Shown: positions 37,395-48,204, counted from the whole stretch's first letter. The stretch is 62,046 bases of DNA, filler included, from Nitrospinae bacterium RIFCSPLOWO2_12_FULL_45_22 (GCA_001803565.1; 5 parts of 5 records of this genome joined end to end with filler, not necessarily neighbours in it), one strand, 5' to 3'. A program made the numbers and translations. Notes: generated by a model from the letters alone, not told the origin.

Positions 37395-38363
37395 ATGAGA
37401 AGAAGAAACGTGTTGTTGGTGTTGGTAATCCCGATCCTATTCTGGGGTTGTAGTTCTGGTAAAGGGCCTGAGGCTGGCAAGACCGGCCCAACCACCCCCC
37501 CTGGCTGGGCAGCCGTCTCTGCCTCTTTAGGCTATGAAGACTATATCTATGATATAGCCATTGTTGAAGCTCCTAATAATATCTGGGCGGTCGGGACTTA
37601 TGGTAAGATATTCCATTATAATGGTAAAGAGTGGCAATCGGTCCCTAGCCCGACAAAGCTCCATTTATTCGGCTTAGCCTTTCCCCGACCTGATGAGGGC
37701 TGGGCAGTAGGGGCAGATAAGATCATCCCTGATCACCAATCTGTTATCCTCCGTTTCGATGGTCAGAAATGGCAAGAATTCCCTAACCCCGGTACAGATA
37801 CCCTTCTTAGTGTATTCTTTCCCCAGCCCGACGCTGGTTGGGCAGTAGGGGCCAGCAGCAACATCCTCCACTATAATGGCCAGGCCTGGGAAAAGGTAGA
37901 ACCGCCTGTCCATTGCTACCTCTCTGGCGTTTCTTTTGCCTCACCCCAGGAGGGGTGGGCAGTTGGTAATAATGGCGTTATCTTACATTATACTGCTGAT
38001 AAGGGCTGGCAAGTCTACCCCTCTCCTACCAAAGTCAATCTCTACTCGGTACAGCTTATCAGTCCGGATAATGGCTGGATAGTGGGTGCTGGCGGTACTA
38101 TCCTCCACTATAATGGCCAGAAATGGCAACCCTTAGCCAGCCCGACGGAGATGGTGCTTTCTAAAGTCTCTTTCCGGAGCCCTAATGAAGGCTTTGCTGC
38201 TGGTGCTGCTGGTACTTTATTAAGATATGATGGTAAAGAGTGGAAACTAGTAGAAAGTCCTGGCCGGGATTGGTTTTATGTCGTGGCAGCCATGAACCCT
38301 GAGGGAATATGGGTAGCAGGACGGAACAGAAACTTTTTCTATAAGAAAGACCGAGGGGATTAA
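37395..38363 (+). CDS. YCF48/BNR-repeat beta-propeller lipoprotein
   Basis: Lipobox FWGC; seven repeats of GWAVG..G.ILHYNG..W. Confidence 0.85.
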   Translation: MRRRNVLLVLVIPILFWGCSSGKGPEAGKTGPTTPPGWAAVSASLGYEDYIYDIAIVEAPNNIWAVGTYGKIFHYNGKEWQSVPSPTKLHLFGLAFPRPDEGWAVGADKIIPDHQSVILRFDGQKWQEFPNPGTDTLLSVFFPQPDAGWAVGASSNILHYNGQAWEKVEPPVHCYLSGVSFASPQEGWAVGNNGVILHYTADKGWQVYPSPTKVNLYSVQLISPDNGWIVGAGGTILHYNGQKWQPLASPTEMVLSKVSFRSPNEGFAAGAAGTLLRYDGKEWKLVESPGRDWFYVVAAMNPEGIWVAGRNRNFFYKKDRGD

Positions 38364-38372
38364 TGACTGTTC

Positions 38373-38435
38373 CCAGGGGTCAGGGGCCAGGGATCGGCTC
38401 GGTTGACCGCCGAGCCCTGATCCCTGATTCCCTGG
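38373..38435. repeat. Inverted heptamer-array hairpin (CAGGGGT / CCCTGAT)
   Basis: CCAGGGGTCAGGGGCCAGGGATC ... CCCTGATCCCTGATTCCCTGG. Confidence 0.7.
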
Positions 38436-38497
38436 TTATTTAAGGGTATCTACGAGAATCTGAGTCCTTAACGCTTGGTTAGAAAGGAGAATGTCTT

Positions 38498-40849
38498 ATG
38501 GTTGATATTTTTGCCAGGTTTATCATCAAGTTCCGCTGGCCCATATGCATTATCGTCTTGCTGATCACTGCCTTCCTCACCTATGAAGCTACCCGGATAA
38601 GCCTGCCGGAGGAGCTGGCCAATATTGCCCCGAAGGGGCACCCTAATGTCCAGTTGACCGGTTTTTTGAACGAGGTTTTTGGTGTAGGGACTCTGGTAGA
38701 GATTGGGGTAGAGGTAAAAGAGGGGACCATATTCAACAAAGAGACTATCGGCAAGATGCACCGGATAGGGGAAAAGATCTATGATATGCGGGGTGTTATC
38801 CGGGGTCAGGTAGTCTCTATTGCCAGCCATAGTGGGGTGAAGAACCTCAGGACTTATACTGATGACATGGGGCTCTCGGTACTGGATAGCCAGAGCTTCC
38901 GGGACCTGGCCAAACGGGTCATTACCGAGCCCGACTTCATGCCGGTATACCGCCAGACTATCCTCAATAATGAGGCTATCTATGGCAAGCTGGTCTCCTG
39001 GGATCAGAAGTCCGCAGTGATCATGGGCCGGTTCTGGGACGAGTCGGAGTTTAAATATATCTTTCAGACCCTCCGGAAAATCCTTAAGGAAGAAGAAGAT
39101 GCTAATCATAAATTTTATCTGGCCGGCCGGGTGATAGAGATGGGCTATCTCCATCTCTATATGAAGCGGATCATGATCCTCTTTGGCGTGGCCACGCTTG
39201 CTATTATATTGATGCTCTGGGTAGCCTTTGGCACCTGGCGGGGTATCTTTATGCCCATGTGGGCGGCCTTTGTAGCAGTATCCTGGGGCTTTGGCTCAGA
39301 GCATTTCCTGGGCTGGAAGATGGATATCATGACCATTATTATCCCCTTTATGATCATGGCTATGGAGGTGAGCCATTGTGTGCAGATACTGAACCGGTTC
39401 TATGAAGAGTATGAGAAGTGGGGGGATAATAAGAAGGCGGCAGAGGAAACCCTGGCCCACCTGGTTATTCCTGGGGCAGCCTCTATTGTCACTGATGGTG
39501 CCGGGTTTGCTACCATGTTCCTGATCCCCTTTAAGTTGCTGCAGCAGATGGCTGCCTCAGCGACCTATGGCGTGATCCGGATCTTTTTTACCACTACTAT
39601 CTTTATCCATGCCTTTATCGCTATCCTGCCCGCCCCAACAGAGAGAGAGATGGCTAAGATCCGGCGCCGGAATAAGATCATGTATGCTATTCTGGGCAAG
39701 GTAGGTTCTATTACCTATGGCCCGGGCCGGCTGGCAATAATAGCGGGTGCGGTGGTTCTGTTGGTCATAGCAACTATAGGCTTAAGCAAGGTAGAGGTAG
39801 GGGATATGCAGGAAGGCTCGCCCCTGTTCTGGGCCGACTCGGAATATAACCAGGCCGAGGCACTGATCAATAATAACTTCTTTGGCGTCAATCCCTATGT
39901 GATTCATATTAAGGGTGGCAAGGCCAGTGCCCTGGCTGATCCCCAACTGGTGCGGGATGTGCATAACCTGAAGAACCATCTGGAAGACCGGCCAGATGTG
40001 CGGGGGAGTAGCGCCTATACCGAAGTCCTTAAAGGGATAAATATGGCCTTCCATGATAATGACCCCCGCTGGTACGTCCTACCCAATGATTATACTACTG
40101 CCTGGCAATTTATGGATATCTTCCGTACTGGTGGTGGCCCGGACGATAGCAAGGCATTTTTTGAGATTGATTATAGCGAGGGTATGCTAAACCTATATGT
40201 AAAGGATCACCGTGGCAGGACTATTCGTGATATCATCCAGGATACAGACCAGTACCTGAAGGAGAACCAGCAGTCCAAATATGAGCTCCGGCAAGCCGGG
40301 GGCCTGATCGGGATATTTGCCGGTATCATGGACGAGATAAAGAAGGGGCAGATAGATTCCCTCTGGCAGATCTCTATAGTCGTATTCATCTTTTGCTTGA
40401 TTACTTACCGTTCTGCCACAGCCGGTGTGATAATTATGATAACCCTGGGGCTGGGAACCATTATAACCTTTGCTACCATGGGTTTTCAGGAGATCGGCCT
40501 ATTTATCTATACCGTACCGGTAGCCTCTTTGGGTATGGGCTTAGGGGTAGACTATTCCCTTTATGTAGTCAGCCGGCTAAAAGAGGAGTATGCGGCTGGT
40601 AGGCAAGGTGAAGAGGCATATCGCCAGACCCTTATGCATTCTGGCACCGCGGTATTTTTTACGGCTCTAGCCATGACTATCGGTGTAAGTACCCTTCTTT
40701 TATCCGATATAAGATTCCAGGCCATTTTGGGTGGTATGCTCACGGTCGTATTCCTAGCTAATATGCTAGGGGCTATACTGCTGGTACCGGCCCTGCTGGC
40801 CCAATTAAATCCCAAATTCCTTACCAGCCAAAAGGGCCTGAATATTTGA
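38498..40849 (+). CDS. MMPL/RND family transporter
   Basis: Two repeats of periplasmic domain plus TM bundle; GMGLGVDYSLY, ASIVTDGAGF. Confidence 0.9.
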   Translation: MVDIFARFIIKFRWPICIIVLLITAFLTYEATRISLPEELANIAPKGHPNVQLTGFLNEVFGVGTLVEIGVEVKEGTIFNKETIGKMHRIGEKIYDMRGVIRGQVVSIASHSGVKNLRTYTDDMGLSVLDSQSFRDLAKRVITEPDFMPVYRQTILNNEAIYGKLVSWDQKSAVIMGRFWDESEFKYIFQTLRKILKEEEDANHKFYLAGRVIEMGYLHLYMKRIMILFGVATLAIILMLWVAFGTWRGIFMPMWAAFVAVSWGFGSEHFLGWKMDIMTIIIPFMIMAMEVSHCVQILNRFYEEYEKWGDNKKAAEETLAHLVIPGAASIVTDGAGFATMFLIPFKLLQQMAASATYGVIRIFFTTTIFIHAFIAILPAPTEREMAKIRRRNKIMYAILGKVGSITYGPGRLAIIAGAVVLLVIATIGLSKVEVGDMQEGSPLFWADSEYNQAEALINNNFFGVNPYVIHIKGGKASALADPQLVRDVHNLKNHLEDRPDVRGSSAYTEVLKGINMAFHDNDPRWYVLPNDYTTAWQFMDIFRTGGGPDDSKAFFEIDYSEGMLNLYVKDHRGRTIRDIIQDTDQYLKENQQSKYELRQAGGLIGIFAGIMDEIKKGQIDSLWQISIVVFIFCLITYRSATAGVIIMITLGLGTIITFATMGFQEIGLFIYTVPVASLGMGLGVDYSLYVVSRLKEEYAAGRQGEEAYRQTLMHSGTAVFFTALAMTIGVSTLLLSDIRFQAILGGMLTVVFLANMLGAILLVPALLAQLNPKFLTSQKGLNI

Positions 40850-40850
40850 A

Positions 40851-40997
40851 AGGTAATTAGGTCATTGGGTCATTAGGTTACCTAATAACACGAAAACACG
40901 AAAGGTACGAAAGCCACGTTTTAGCTTCGTGCAATTCGTGTTCTTTCGTGTTGCCTAATAACCCAATAACCCAGTGACCTAATGACCCAAATTGCCT
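40851..40997. repeat. Nested inverted arrays: outer octamer (GGTCATTR/YAATGACC), inner (CACGAAA/TTTCGTG)
   Basis: Inner element 40887-40952 sits between CCTAAT direct repeats within the outer hairpin. Confidence 0.82.
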
Positions 40998-40999
40998 TT

Positions 41000-41902
41000 A
41001 TGGTGACAAAGGCTATACTGGAGTTGCTCCGGGAAGAGGTGGTTCTATTTGATGGCGCTATGGGCACCATGCTAATAGAGCGCGGCTTAAAAGCGGGAGA
41101 ATGTCCTGAGGCCTGGAATCTGCTTCACCCCCCAATCATAGAAGATATCCATCGGGCTTATTATGCCGCTGGTAGTCAGGTAGTCCTCACCAATACCTTT
41201 GGCGCTAATAGATTGAAGCTCTCCGCCTACGGCATGGCAGGGAGGTTGGAAGAGATTAATAGTAAAGCGGTAGAGCTGGCCTTAGCTGCCCGACCGGCCG
41301 AAGAGAGGGAGTGCTATGTAGCAGGCGATATCGGGCCTACCGGAAAGTTCTTAAAACCTTTAGGACCCCATGAGTTCCTGGAATTTAAGGAAGCATTTGC
41401 TGAGCAGGCCCGGTGTTTGGCACAAGCCGGTGTAGACTTCATCTGCATCGAGACCATGTTTGACCCCGGAGAGGCCCGGGCGGCCTTGCAAGGGGCCTTA
41501 GAAGCTACATCCCTCCCCATAATCATTACTATGACCTTTGATAAGACCCCTCGTGGGTTCTTTACTTCCATGGGCTTAGGGGCTGCTGAAGCGGCAAAAT
41601 TACTGGAAGAGCATGGCGCTGGGGCTATAGGGGCCAATTGTGGCACTGGCCCCGCTGAGATGCTTGAATTAATAAAGATATTGCGGAAGGTCACGCAACT
41701 ACCATTAATTGCCAAGCCCAACGCCGGAAAGCCTATTATTAAACAGGGTAAAGCCTTTTATACTGAGGATACCCAATCCTTTGCTCGTTATATACAGGAA
41801 CTGGTGCCGGCAGGTGTTAATGGGGTAGGGGGCTGTTGTGGTACTGACCCATCTTATATCCGGGCTATCGCCAAATTATTGCACAAAGAATGTGGGGCAT
41901 GA
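41000..41902 (+). CDS. Homocysteine S-methyltransferase domain protein (stand-alone MetH module)
   Basis: FDGAMGT, TNTFGA, GDIGPTG, IETM, GANC, PNAG, GGCCGT zinc ligands. Confidence 0.92.
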   Translation: MVTKAILELLREEVVLFDGAMGTMLIERGLKAGECPEAWNLLHPPIIEDIHRAYYAAGSQVVLTNTFGANRLKLSAYGMAGRLEEINSKAVELALAARPAEERECYVAGDIGPTGKFLKPLGPHEFLEFKEAFAEQARCLAQAGVDFICIETMFDPGEARAALQGALEATSLPIIITMTFDKTPRGFFTSMGLGAAEAAKLLEEHGAGAIGANCGTGPAEMLELIKILRKVTQLPLIAKPNAGKPIIKQGKAFYTEDTQSFARYIQELVPAGVNGVGGCCGTDPSYIRAIAKLLHKECGA

Positions 41903-41903
41903 C

Positions 41904-43268
41904 CTATTTTTGGGGTTTTAATATCAACTTTAGCTTCTCCTGGTAAAGATTAATAAAAAGTTCTTTATTCCCTTTCCTATTAGCACCAGCCCTGATATAC
42001 AACTCTTTAATCTCCTCTCTCTTCGCCCTGCCCTCTAACCAGCGGGCAATATCCAGTTCGAGGGTATGCGAATTTTGCCTTTCCAGGGCTAGTTTCAAGT
42101 CAGATAGCCTATCTTTAGCCAAATCCAACCCTAATTTAGGCGGCTCTTTGGTCGGGACATAATAGAGGTGTAGAGTGCTATTCCCCAGAGAACCGTCAGT
42201 GGCCTTAGCCGTTGCCTGGATGATATTAAACCCTAAAGCCACTGGCACTGTGGCCATAAAGGTGCCGTCAGGGCTTAAAAGGATGCGTTGGGCCGCTTTA
42301 GCCAGGGTGACGTTTTTTACCTCAACTGTTTCGAGGTGGAAAAATTTGGTTTCCGCTAATCTAGTTATTATCTCATCCGGCCTTTTTACCGGGGTATAGA
42401 GACCACCGGTAGTATCAGCCATCCCTTGAACAGTAGCAGGGTCGGAAAGGGCCTCTCCCCCAATAGCGAAAGTATTGATCCTTATCCCTTTTGATTGGGC
42501 CTTACGGGCAGATGCCAGGGCGTATTCCTTATCCCCCGGCTCCGTCACATTGGCGCTGCCAAAGGGAAACGAAGGAACCCCATCAGTCAAAAAGATTATC
42601 ACCTTATGGGCCTCCTTTTTGCCATTGGTCAACGCCCCTACCGCCATTTCTACCCCTTCTCCCATATTGGTACCACCATAGGGCTCCCGGTTATTATAGA
42701 TATCAGTAAGTATCTCATCAACCTTTCCATAGTCATTAGTTAATGGGTATTCCAAAAAGGCATCGGGTGTACCGGGGACACTGCTGCGGCCATCAGCGGC
42801 CAGATCACCATTGAAAGTAACCAGGCTTATCTGGGTAGTATCAGGGTTCAAGAGCCGGAGCAAGTCTCTAGCGGCTAATACCTCGGCTGCCAGGATAGAA
42901 TCGTCCGGATCTGTATTCATGAGTTTAACGGGCTTTTTGCCGAAAAAGCTTAGCCGCGAGAAGCCGATATCAACAAGCTCTCCCTCGATCCCATCATTAT
43001 CCAGGTCTATCCCGCAAGGCCATAATGTACTGCCAGAGGTGTCCAACACCAGCACAACATCGTATTGGCTGTCCTTCGCTTGTTGATAAGAGGCCTTACC
43101 ACTAACGGTAGCCAGTCCCTCGGTTGGGTATGGGAAATAGGAATTATCCAGTGGGAAACTGAAGCCCACCTCTGGGGCAAGCCCCGCTCCATACGGGGCT
43201 TGATGGGCCGCAAAACTATTCCCCCATCCGAGAATAATAAGGAGAATACAAACAAAGATACCGCTCAT
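41904..43268 (-). CDS. Exported von Willebrand factor A domain protein
   Basis: Signal peptide, MIDAS LDTSGS, GGTNM, IFLTDG, TGGLY. Confidence 0.85.
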   Translation of the reverse strand: MSGIFVCILLIILGWGNSFAAHQAPYGAGLAPEVGFSFPLDNSYFPYPTEGLATVSGKASYQQAKDSQYDVVLVLDTSGSTLWPCGIDLDNDGIEGELVDIGFSRLSFFGKKPVKLMNTDPDDSILAAEVLAARDLLRLLNPDTTQISLVTFNGDLAADGRSSVPGTPDAFLEYPLTNDYGKVDEILTDIYNNREPYGGTNMGEGVEMAVGALTNGKKEAHKVIIFLTDGVPSFPFGSANVTEPGDKEYALASARKAQSKGIRINTFAIGGEALSDPATVQGMADTTGGLYTPVKRPDEIITRLAETKFFHLETVEVKNVTLAKAAQRILLSPDGTFMATVPVALGFNIIQATAKATDGSLGNSTLHLYYVPTKEPPKLGLDLAKDRLSDLKLALERQNSHTLELDIARWLEGRAKREEIKELYIRAGANRKGNKELFINLYQEKLKLILKPQK

Positions 43269-43417
43269 GTCGAACTATAGTTCCCTATAATTACCTGGTT
43301 GCCACGGAAAAATGGGATGTCGAGCAAGCTCGATCACTACATACGTGATAAAGACCGACTTGTTATATCAATATGTAGTGACAAAGCTTGCTTTGTAAAG
43401 ATTTTTTTCCCTGGGAA

Positions 43418-44251
43418 CTACCTAACGTTTCCCAGGAGAGAAGGGGTAAAGTAGATATCACTGGATTCAGTATTATACTCTACCTTGTCTACCCGCATAA
43501 TGGTCTGGTGCTGGGTCTTATGATTTTTCATGAGGGATTGCCTTAGAGTCCAAAACCCCTGTACCTGAGCCCAATGGTTATAAAGGGTTTTTCGTAATTT
43601 ACCCTCCGAGTCATAAAAATCTACCTTAAGGGATAGCCATTTATCTTTCCAAATCCAGAATATCCTCCTGGCCGGAGCATTATCCTGCTTATCCCGTGAT
43701 ATACTCTCTATCAGATAACAGGGCTTAAGATTGTAGACCTCCTCGCCCAAGAGGGTATAGCTATCAGCGTCTACCGGCCTCTCGGTAAGCTCCTCATAGG
43801 TAAAATCGTTCCCTTCCAGCCAGAAACCCAGGAAGTTATCTCTTTGGTCATACACCAGTCTCCTTATTGGCTTGAAATAGAACGTGTCATTCGGGTTATA
43901 GACCCATTTCAGGTCCCTTTGCCCGGAAGTGCGATAACTCCAACTGAGATAGGCATAATTATGGTATTTAGGGGGATACTGGAAGACCAGGAGGGTCTTG
44001 GTATCCAGGCCATCTTTACCGGCATAATGCTTACGCCTCCGTAAGACATGCCGTAGACGGGTCTTTTTATCCTTGTTTATCATTAAGAAGCTGACCTGAG
44101 CGACTTCATTCTCCCAGGTTCGGGTGGCTTTAACCTTTTCCAGTATCTCCTTGCCCGCAAGGGGATAAACCGGCACTAGCCCAATAGCCAGTAAAAAGGT
44201 AGAACAAACCCCTAACCAGATTGATTTTCTCCAGAGTTTCATTAACAACAC
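43418..44251 (-). CDS. Outer membrane lipoprotein-sorting (LolA-like) protein
   Basis: Signal peptide, GNDFTYEEL, KVDFYDSEGKLRK, MKNHKTQHQT, FTPSLL. Confidence 0.82.
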   Translation of the reverse strand: MLLMKLWRKSIWLGVCSTFLLAIGLVPVYPLAGKEILEKVKATRTWENEVAQVSFLMINKDKKTRLRHVLRRRKHYAGKDGLDTKTLLVFQYPPKYHNYAYLSWSYRTSGQRDLKWVYNPNDTFYFKPIRRLVYDQRDNFLGFWLEGNDFTYEELTERPVDADSYTLLGEEVYNLKPCYLIESISRDKQDNAPARRIFWIWKDKWLSLKVDFYDSEGKLRKTLYNHWAQVQGFWTLRQSLMKNHKTQHQTIMRVDKVEYNTESSDIYFTPSLLGNVR

Positions 44252-44514
44252 CCCCTATTTAAATATTACCCTCCAAAATAAAAAAGTTAAAGGGAACCAT
44301 CTGCCTGCAATCAAAACAATTATATGAACCAACGTTAATTCTCACGTTCCGTACCTCTTCGAGAAGGCCAGAAATAATTTGAGGTGAGTTGAAAAAGGGG
44401 ACACGAATTACACGAATAGACTAGTGGCACGAATGAAGTAGCGGAACCGCCTTAACCGTGAGTACGTGAGCAGCGAGGATTGTGGTGATCACCACATAGG
44501 TATTTAGGTTCTCA

Positions 44515-44614
44515 NNNNNNNNNNNNNNNNNNNNNNNNNNNNNNNNNNNNNNNNNNNNTTAATTAATTAANNNNNNNNNNNNNNNNNNNNNNNNNNNNNN
44601 NNNNNNNNNNNNNN
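44515..44614. other. Artificial contig linker
   Basis: N44-TTAATTAATTAA-N44. Confidence 0.98.
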
Positions 44615-46245
44615 AGCCGATAAACTATGCCTGTGCCTCTAATTATTCAGAGATGATTAACGAGGCTATAGCCCGAGAAAAGTTAAACCGGGTGGTATTG
44701 GCTGCCTGCTCCTGTTGTTCCTCAGAACAAATCTGTTATAGCTGCACCCAGCCGAGGATCAGGTGCAAAGAAAACCTGTTCCAAAAAGGCCTATTGGATC
44801 AACGCCTCTTTGAATTTGTTAATATCAGGGAACAATGTGCCTGGATTCATCAGGCTGATAAAAGCCAGGCTACAGCTAAGGCTAAAGACTTGATAAAGAT
44901 GGCAGTCTCGCGGGCCCGCTGGTTAGAAGCGCCTCCCAAAGAGGAAATAAAGATAGAAAAGAAGGCAATAGTTATTGGTGGCGGGCCAGCCGGTATTCAA
45001 TGCGCTATTGACTTAGCAGAACAGGGTTTCCCGGTTACTTTAGTAGAAAAGGAACCTCAACTGGGTGGGAGGTTAAATCAATTAAATACCCCCTCCTTTT
45101 CCCATGAAGGGCAAGGCCCTGCGGCTACATCAGGCAATCGTATAGAGCCTAAAGAATTGCTGAACCAGCTTATTGACCGGCTACAAAAACTCCCGGTGCA
45201 GATCATGACCAACACCGAGGTTAAAGGAGTAGAAGGGGGTTTAGGGAATTTTCTGATCTCTTTAAAACGGGAGAATAAGACCCCTAAGCTGACTGCCGGT
45301 GCTATTGTCCTGGCCACCGGCGCAGATTTCTACCGGCCTAATGGCGAATATGGCTATGGTACCGCGTCCAATGTCATTACCAATAATGAGTTGACAGTGA
45401 AGTGGCCAGAGATATCCCCGGATAAGATAAAAAAGGTCACCTTTATCCAATGTGTAGGGTCTAACGGGCATATTGATAAGCGGGGCTGTTCGAAATACTG
45501 CTGTGAGACGGCCCTCCAGCAGGCCCTTGGCCTGAAAGAAAAAGGTGTCGAGCCCACTATCCTCTATCAAGAATTGTATCTTAATAATGCTAAAGCCCAG
45601 GGCTTATTAAGGCAGGCCCAGGCAGCCGAGATCACCTTCATTCCTTATAATGGTACGAAACCACCCCAGATTAATTCTTCTAAAGGTGGTAATTCCCTTA
45701 GCATTAAATTGCCAGGCCGAAAAGGAAGGGCTATCTCAACTGATATGATTATTTTATCGGTGGGGATGGTAGCAAGAGAAGATTCAAAGGAGTTAGCCAA
45801 ACTCCTACGGGTACCTCAAGGCCAGGATGGCTTTTTTAAAGAAAAGGATCCTCTATTAGGACTGGTCGAGACTCAAGTCCCAGGAATATTCCTGGCCGGT
45901 AGCTGTCAGGGGCCTAAAGGCACCATTGATTCCATGATCCATGCCTCGGCCGCTGCTTCTAAAGCCGCTATATTGCTGGCAAGAGAAAAGATTTATCTGG
46001 ACAGCTTGGTGAACCGGCTTGATGAGGTAAAATGCCGGGCTTGCGGGACATGCGTTACCGTATGTGAGTTTGGTGCCCCCAGGATAATCTTATCTGCCCA
46101 GGGGAAGCCCGTGGCCAGAATAGACCCGGTACTCTGCCAGAGCTGCGGTACCTGTGCGGCATATTGTCCGTCGGGCGCTATAACTGCCCCTTGCTTCACC
46201 GATAAGCAGATAAACAGTATGCTGGAATCCCTCTTGGCTTCCTGA
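44615..46245 (+). CDS. Heterodisulfide reductase subunit A-like flavoprotein, 5' truncated
   Basis: Frame open from the contig edge (..NYAC..), VNIREQCAW, VIGGGPAG, FIQCVGS, CSKYCC, GIFLAGSCQGPK, two C-terminal 4Fe-4S motifs. Confidence 0.88.
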
Positions 46246-46301
46246 TGCAAGGAATTTTCCGGGGAATTGTGCAGCCATAACGTTATAGGGTGCGATATTT
46301 T

Positions 46302-46326
46302 ACGCAGGCTGAAGCCTGCGGCTACC
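46302..46326 (-). repeat. Single GTAG-type REP
   Basis: Reverse complement GGTAGCCGCAGGCTTCAGCCTGCGT: GTAG followed by a hairpin. Confidence 0.65.
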
Positions 46327-46373
46327 TGCAGAAATGACGGAAGAACCAAATAATGTTTTGAAAAGGATAACAA

Positions 46374-46772
46374 ATGGAGCGAGAAGGAAATTCTGAACCG
46401 AAGATAATAGTCTTTACCTGTAATTGGTCACCCTTTGCCCAGGCAAATATGGCTGGCGTGAAGAAGGTGGATCTGCCGCCCTTTTTCCGGATGGTGCGTC
46501 TGATGTGTCTAGGGAGAATACAGCCAGCCATGATCCTTAAGGCCTTCGAATTAGGTGCTGAGGGCGTTCTTGTCCTGGGTTGTGGCAAGGAGAATTGCCA
46601 TTATGATTTTGGCAGCAAGAGAGGTGAAGAGCATTTTCAAACAGCGTCCAGGCTCTTGCATCTATTAGGTATTGACGAGAAGCGATTGAAATTGTGTCAA
46701 GATTTTAATGACAGCGCCAACATTTCCTTTGTTAAGGTAGTCGAAGACTTTGTCCAAGAATTAACTGCTTAG
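46374..46772 (+). CDS. mvhD: MvhD-like [2Fe-2S] protein
   Basis: FTCNW, MCLGRI, GAEGVLVLGC, CHY. Confidence 0.85.
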   Translation: MEREGNSEPKIIVFTCNWSPFAQANMAGVKKVDLPPFFRMVRLMCLGRIQPAMILKAFELGAEGVLVLGCGKENCHYDFGSKRGEEHFQTASRLLHLLGIDEKRLKLCQDFNDSANISFVKVVEDFVQELTA

Positions 46773-46877
46773 CCACTAAGGCACTAAGGCACCAAGAATT
46801 GGTAGCAGCAGCGTCTTACGCTGCCATTTTTGCAGGGCAAGGCCCTGCAGCTTGGTGTCTCTTTGAGTCTTAGTGGC
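46772..46877. repeat. Octamer inverted array (CACTAAGG / CTTAGTG) enclosing a GTAG REP-like insert
   Basis: GCCACTAAGGCACTAAGGCACCAAG ... CTTGGTGTCTCTTTGAGTCTTAGTGGC; interior GGTAGCAGCAGCGTCTTACGCTGCC. Confidence 0.75.
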
Positions 46878-46936
46878 AAATACAAATAAAAGATTAGCCC
46901 GGTGAACAGTTACTATAGAGATTGAAAGGTTAGATT

Positions 46937-48079
46937 ATGGAAGATGTGAAGCGAGCCATTAAAACAAATAAAGTCTATTATTGTCTGGATTGCGGCAAAT
47001 GTACTGCCGTCTGTCCGGTATCAAAAGTTAATCCCAGATTTTCTCCCCGGCTGACCGTACAGAATACTGTACTGGATCATGAAGAGAGGGTATTTAAGGA
47101 TGAAAACCTGCTCTGGTCTTGCTTGAGCTGTCGGATGTGTAGTGAGCGGTGTCCGTCGGATGTGCATTTTGATTATTTTACAAGAGATTTAAGGATTATT
47201 GCGCAGAGGGATGGGGCTGAGAGCCCTTGTTCCCATAGCGGTGCCCTCCAATCTCTGATGCGGATAATGACTGCTCCACAATTAAGCCAGAACCGTTTAG
47301 AGTGGATTACACCAGATTTGCGAGTAGCAGAAAGCGGGGAGTATCTCTATTTTGTGGGTTGTCTGCCCCATTATCAGGAATTTTTTGGCTATCTGGGGCT
47401 GGATCTGCTGGCTATTGCCCGGGGAACAATAAAAGCCCTTAATAGCCTGGGTATAAATCCTGTAGTGATGGCTGAGGAGAGGTGTTGTGGTCATGACCTG
47501 CTCTGGACCGGCGAGGTAGAATCTTTCAGGCGCCTGGCTGAGTATAATATTCAGCAGATAGCCAATACCGGTGCCAAGCAGATAATTACTGCCTGTGCAG
47601 AATGTTACCGGACGCTTAACGATGATTTTCCCCGCTATTTAGGCAAGAAAGATTATCAGGTCTGGCATCTGTCACAATTTTTGGCCGAAAAGTTCTCCCA
47701 GGACGGTTGGAAGCCCAAAAAGAGGGTTCAAGCTATCACTTACCATGACCCCTGTCGTCTGGGGAGGTTTTCGGGGGTCTTTGAAGAGCCGAGGCAGCTC
47801 CTCAACGCTATTCCTGGTATAGAGTTGAAAGAGATGCCCAGGAATCGCCACCGCTCATTGTGTTGCGGTACGGTAGCCTGGAATAATTGTAATTCTTTTT
47901 CTAAGATGATCCAGGCAGAGCGGCTCAAGGAAGCCAGGACCACCGGGGCAGAGCTATTAATAACTGCTTGCCCCAAATGCCAGATCCATTTCAAATGTGC
48001 CATGTTAAATCAGGGAATAGATGACGAACTGAAGATAGAGATGGAGGATTTAGCTGTCCTAGTAGCAGGCGCCCTCTAA
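46937..48079 (+). CDS. HdrD-like Fe-S oxidoreductase (two 4Fe-4S motifs plus two CCG domains)
   Basis: CLDCGKCTAVCP, CLSCRMCSERCP, ERCCG, YHDPCRLGR, LCCG, TACPKC. Confidence 0.9.
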   Translation: MEDVKRAIKTNKVYYCLDCGKCTAVCPVSKVNPRFSPRLTVQNTVLDHEERVFKDENLLWSCLSCRMCSERCPSDVHFDYFTRDLRIIAQRDGAESPCSHSGALQSLMRIMTAPQLSQNRLEWITPDLRVAESGEYLYFVGCLPHYQEFFGYLGLDLLAIARGTIKALNSLGINPVVMAEERCCGHDLLWTGEVESFRRLAEYNIQQIANTGAKQIITACAECYRTLNDDFPRYLGKKDYQVWHLSQFLAEKFSQDGWKPKKRVQAITYHDPCRLGRFSGVFEEPRQLLNAIPGIELKEMPRNRHRSLCCGTVAWNNCNSFSKMIQAERLKEARTTGAELLITACPKCQIHFKCAMLNQGIDDELKIEMEDLAVLVAGAL

Positions 48080-48121
48080 TTTAAATTAGTTAGTTCACAG
48101 ATATACCCAGATAACTATCAT

Positions 48122-48204
48122 TGCAAAATTAACAATATAAAATTAGCAATTAACAAGAAGGAGTTAATTTTGAAATGCTAATTGCTAATTTTGCATTTTG
48201 CATT
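48122..48204. repeat. AT-rich inverted heptamer-array hairpin
   Basis: TGCAAAATTAACAAT..AAAATTAGCAATT vs AATTGCTAATTTTGCATTTTGCA. Confidence 0.65.

Noticed and set aside
38468-39154. Long antisense ORFs (also 24941-25570, 30992-31531, 49533-50027, 61012-61551)
   Set aside because: They shadow well-supported genes on the opposite strand and show no motifs.
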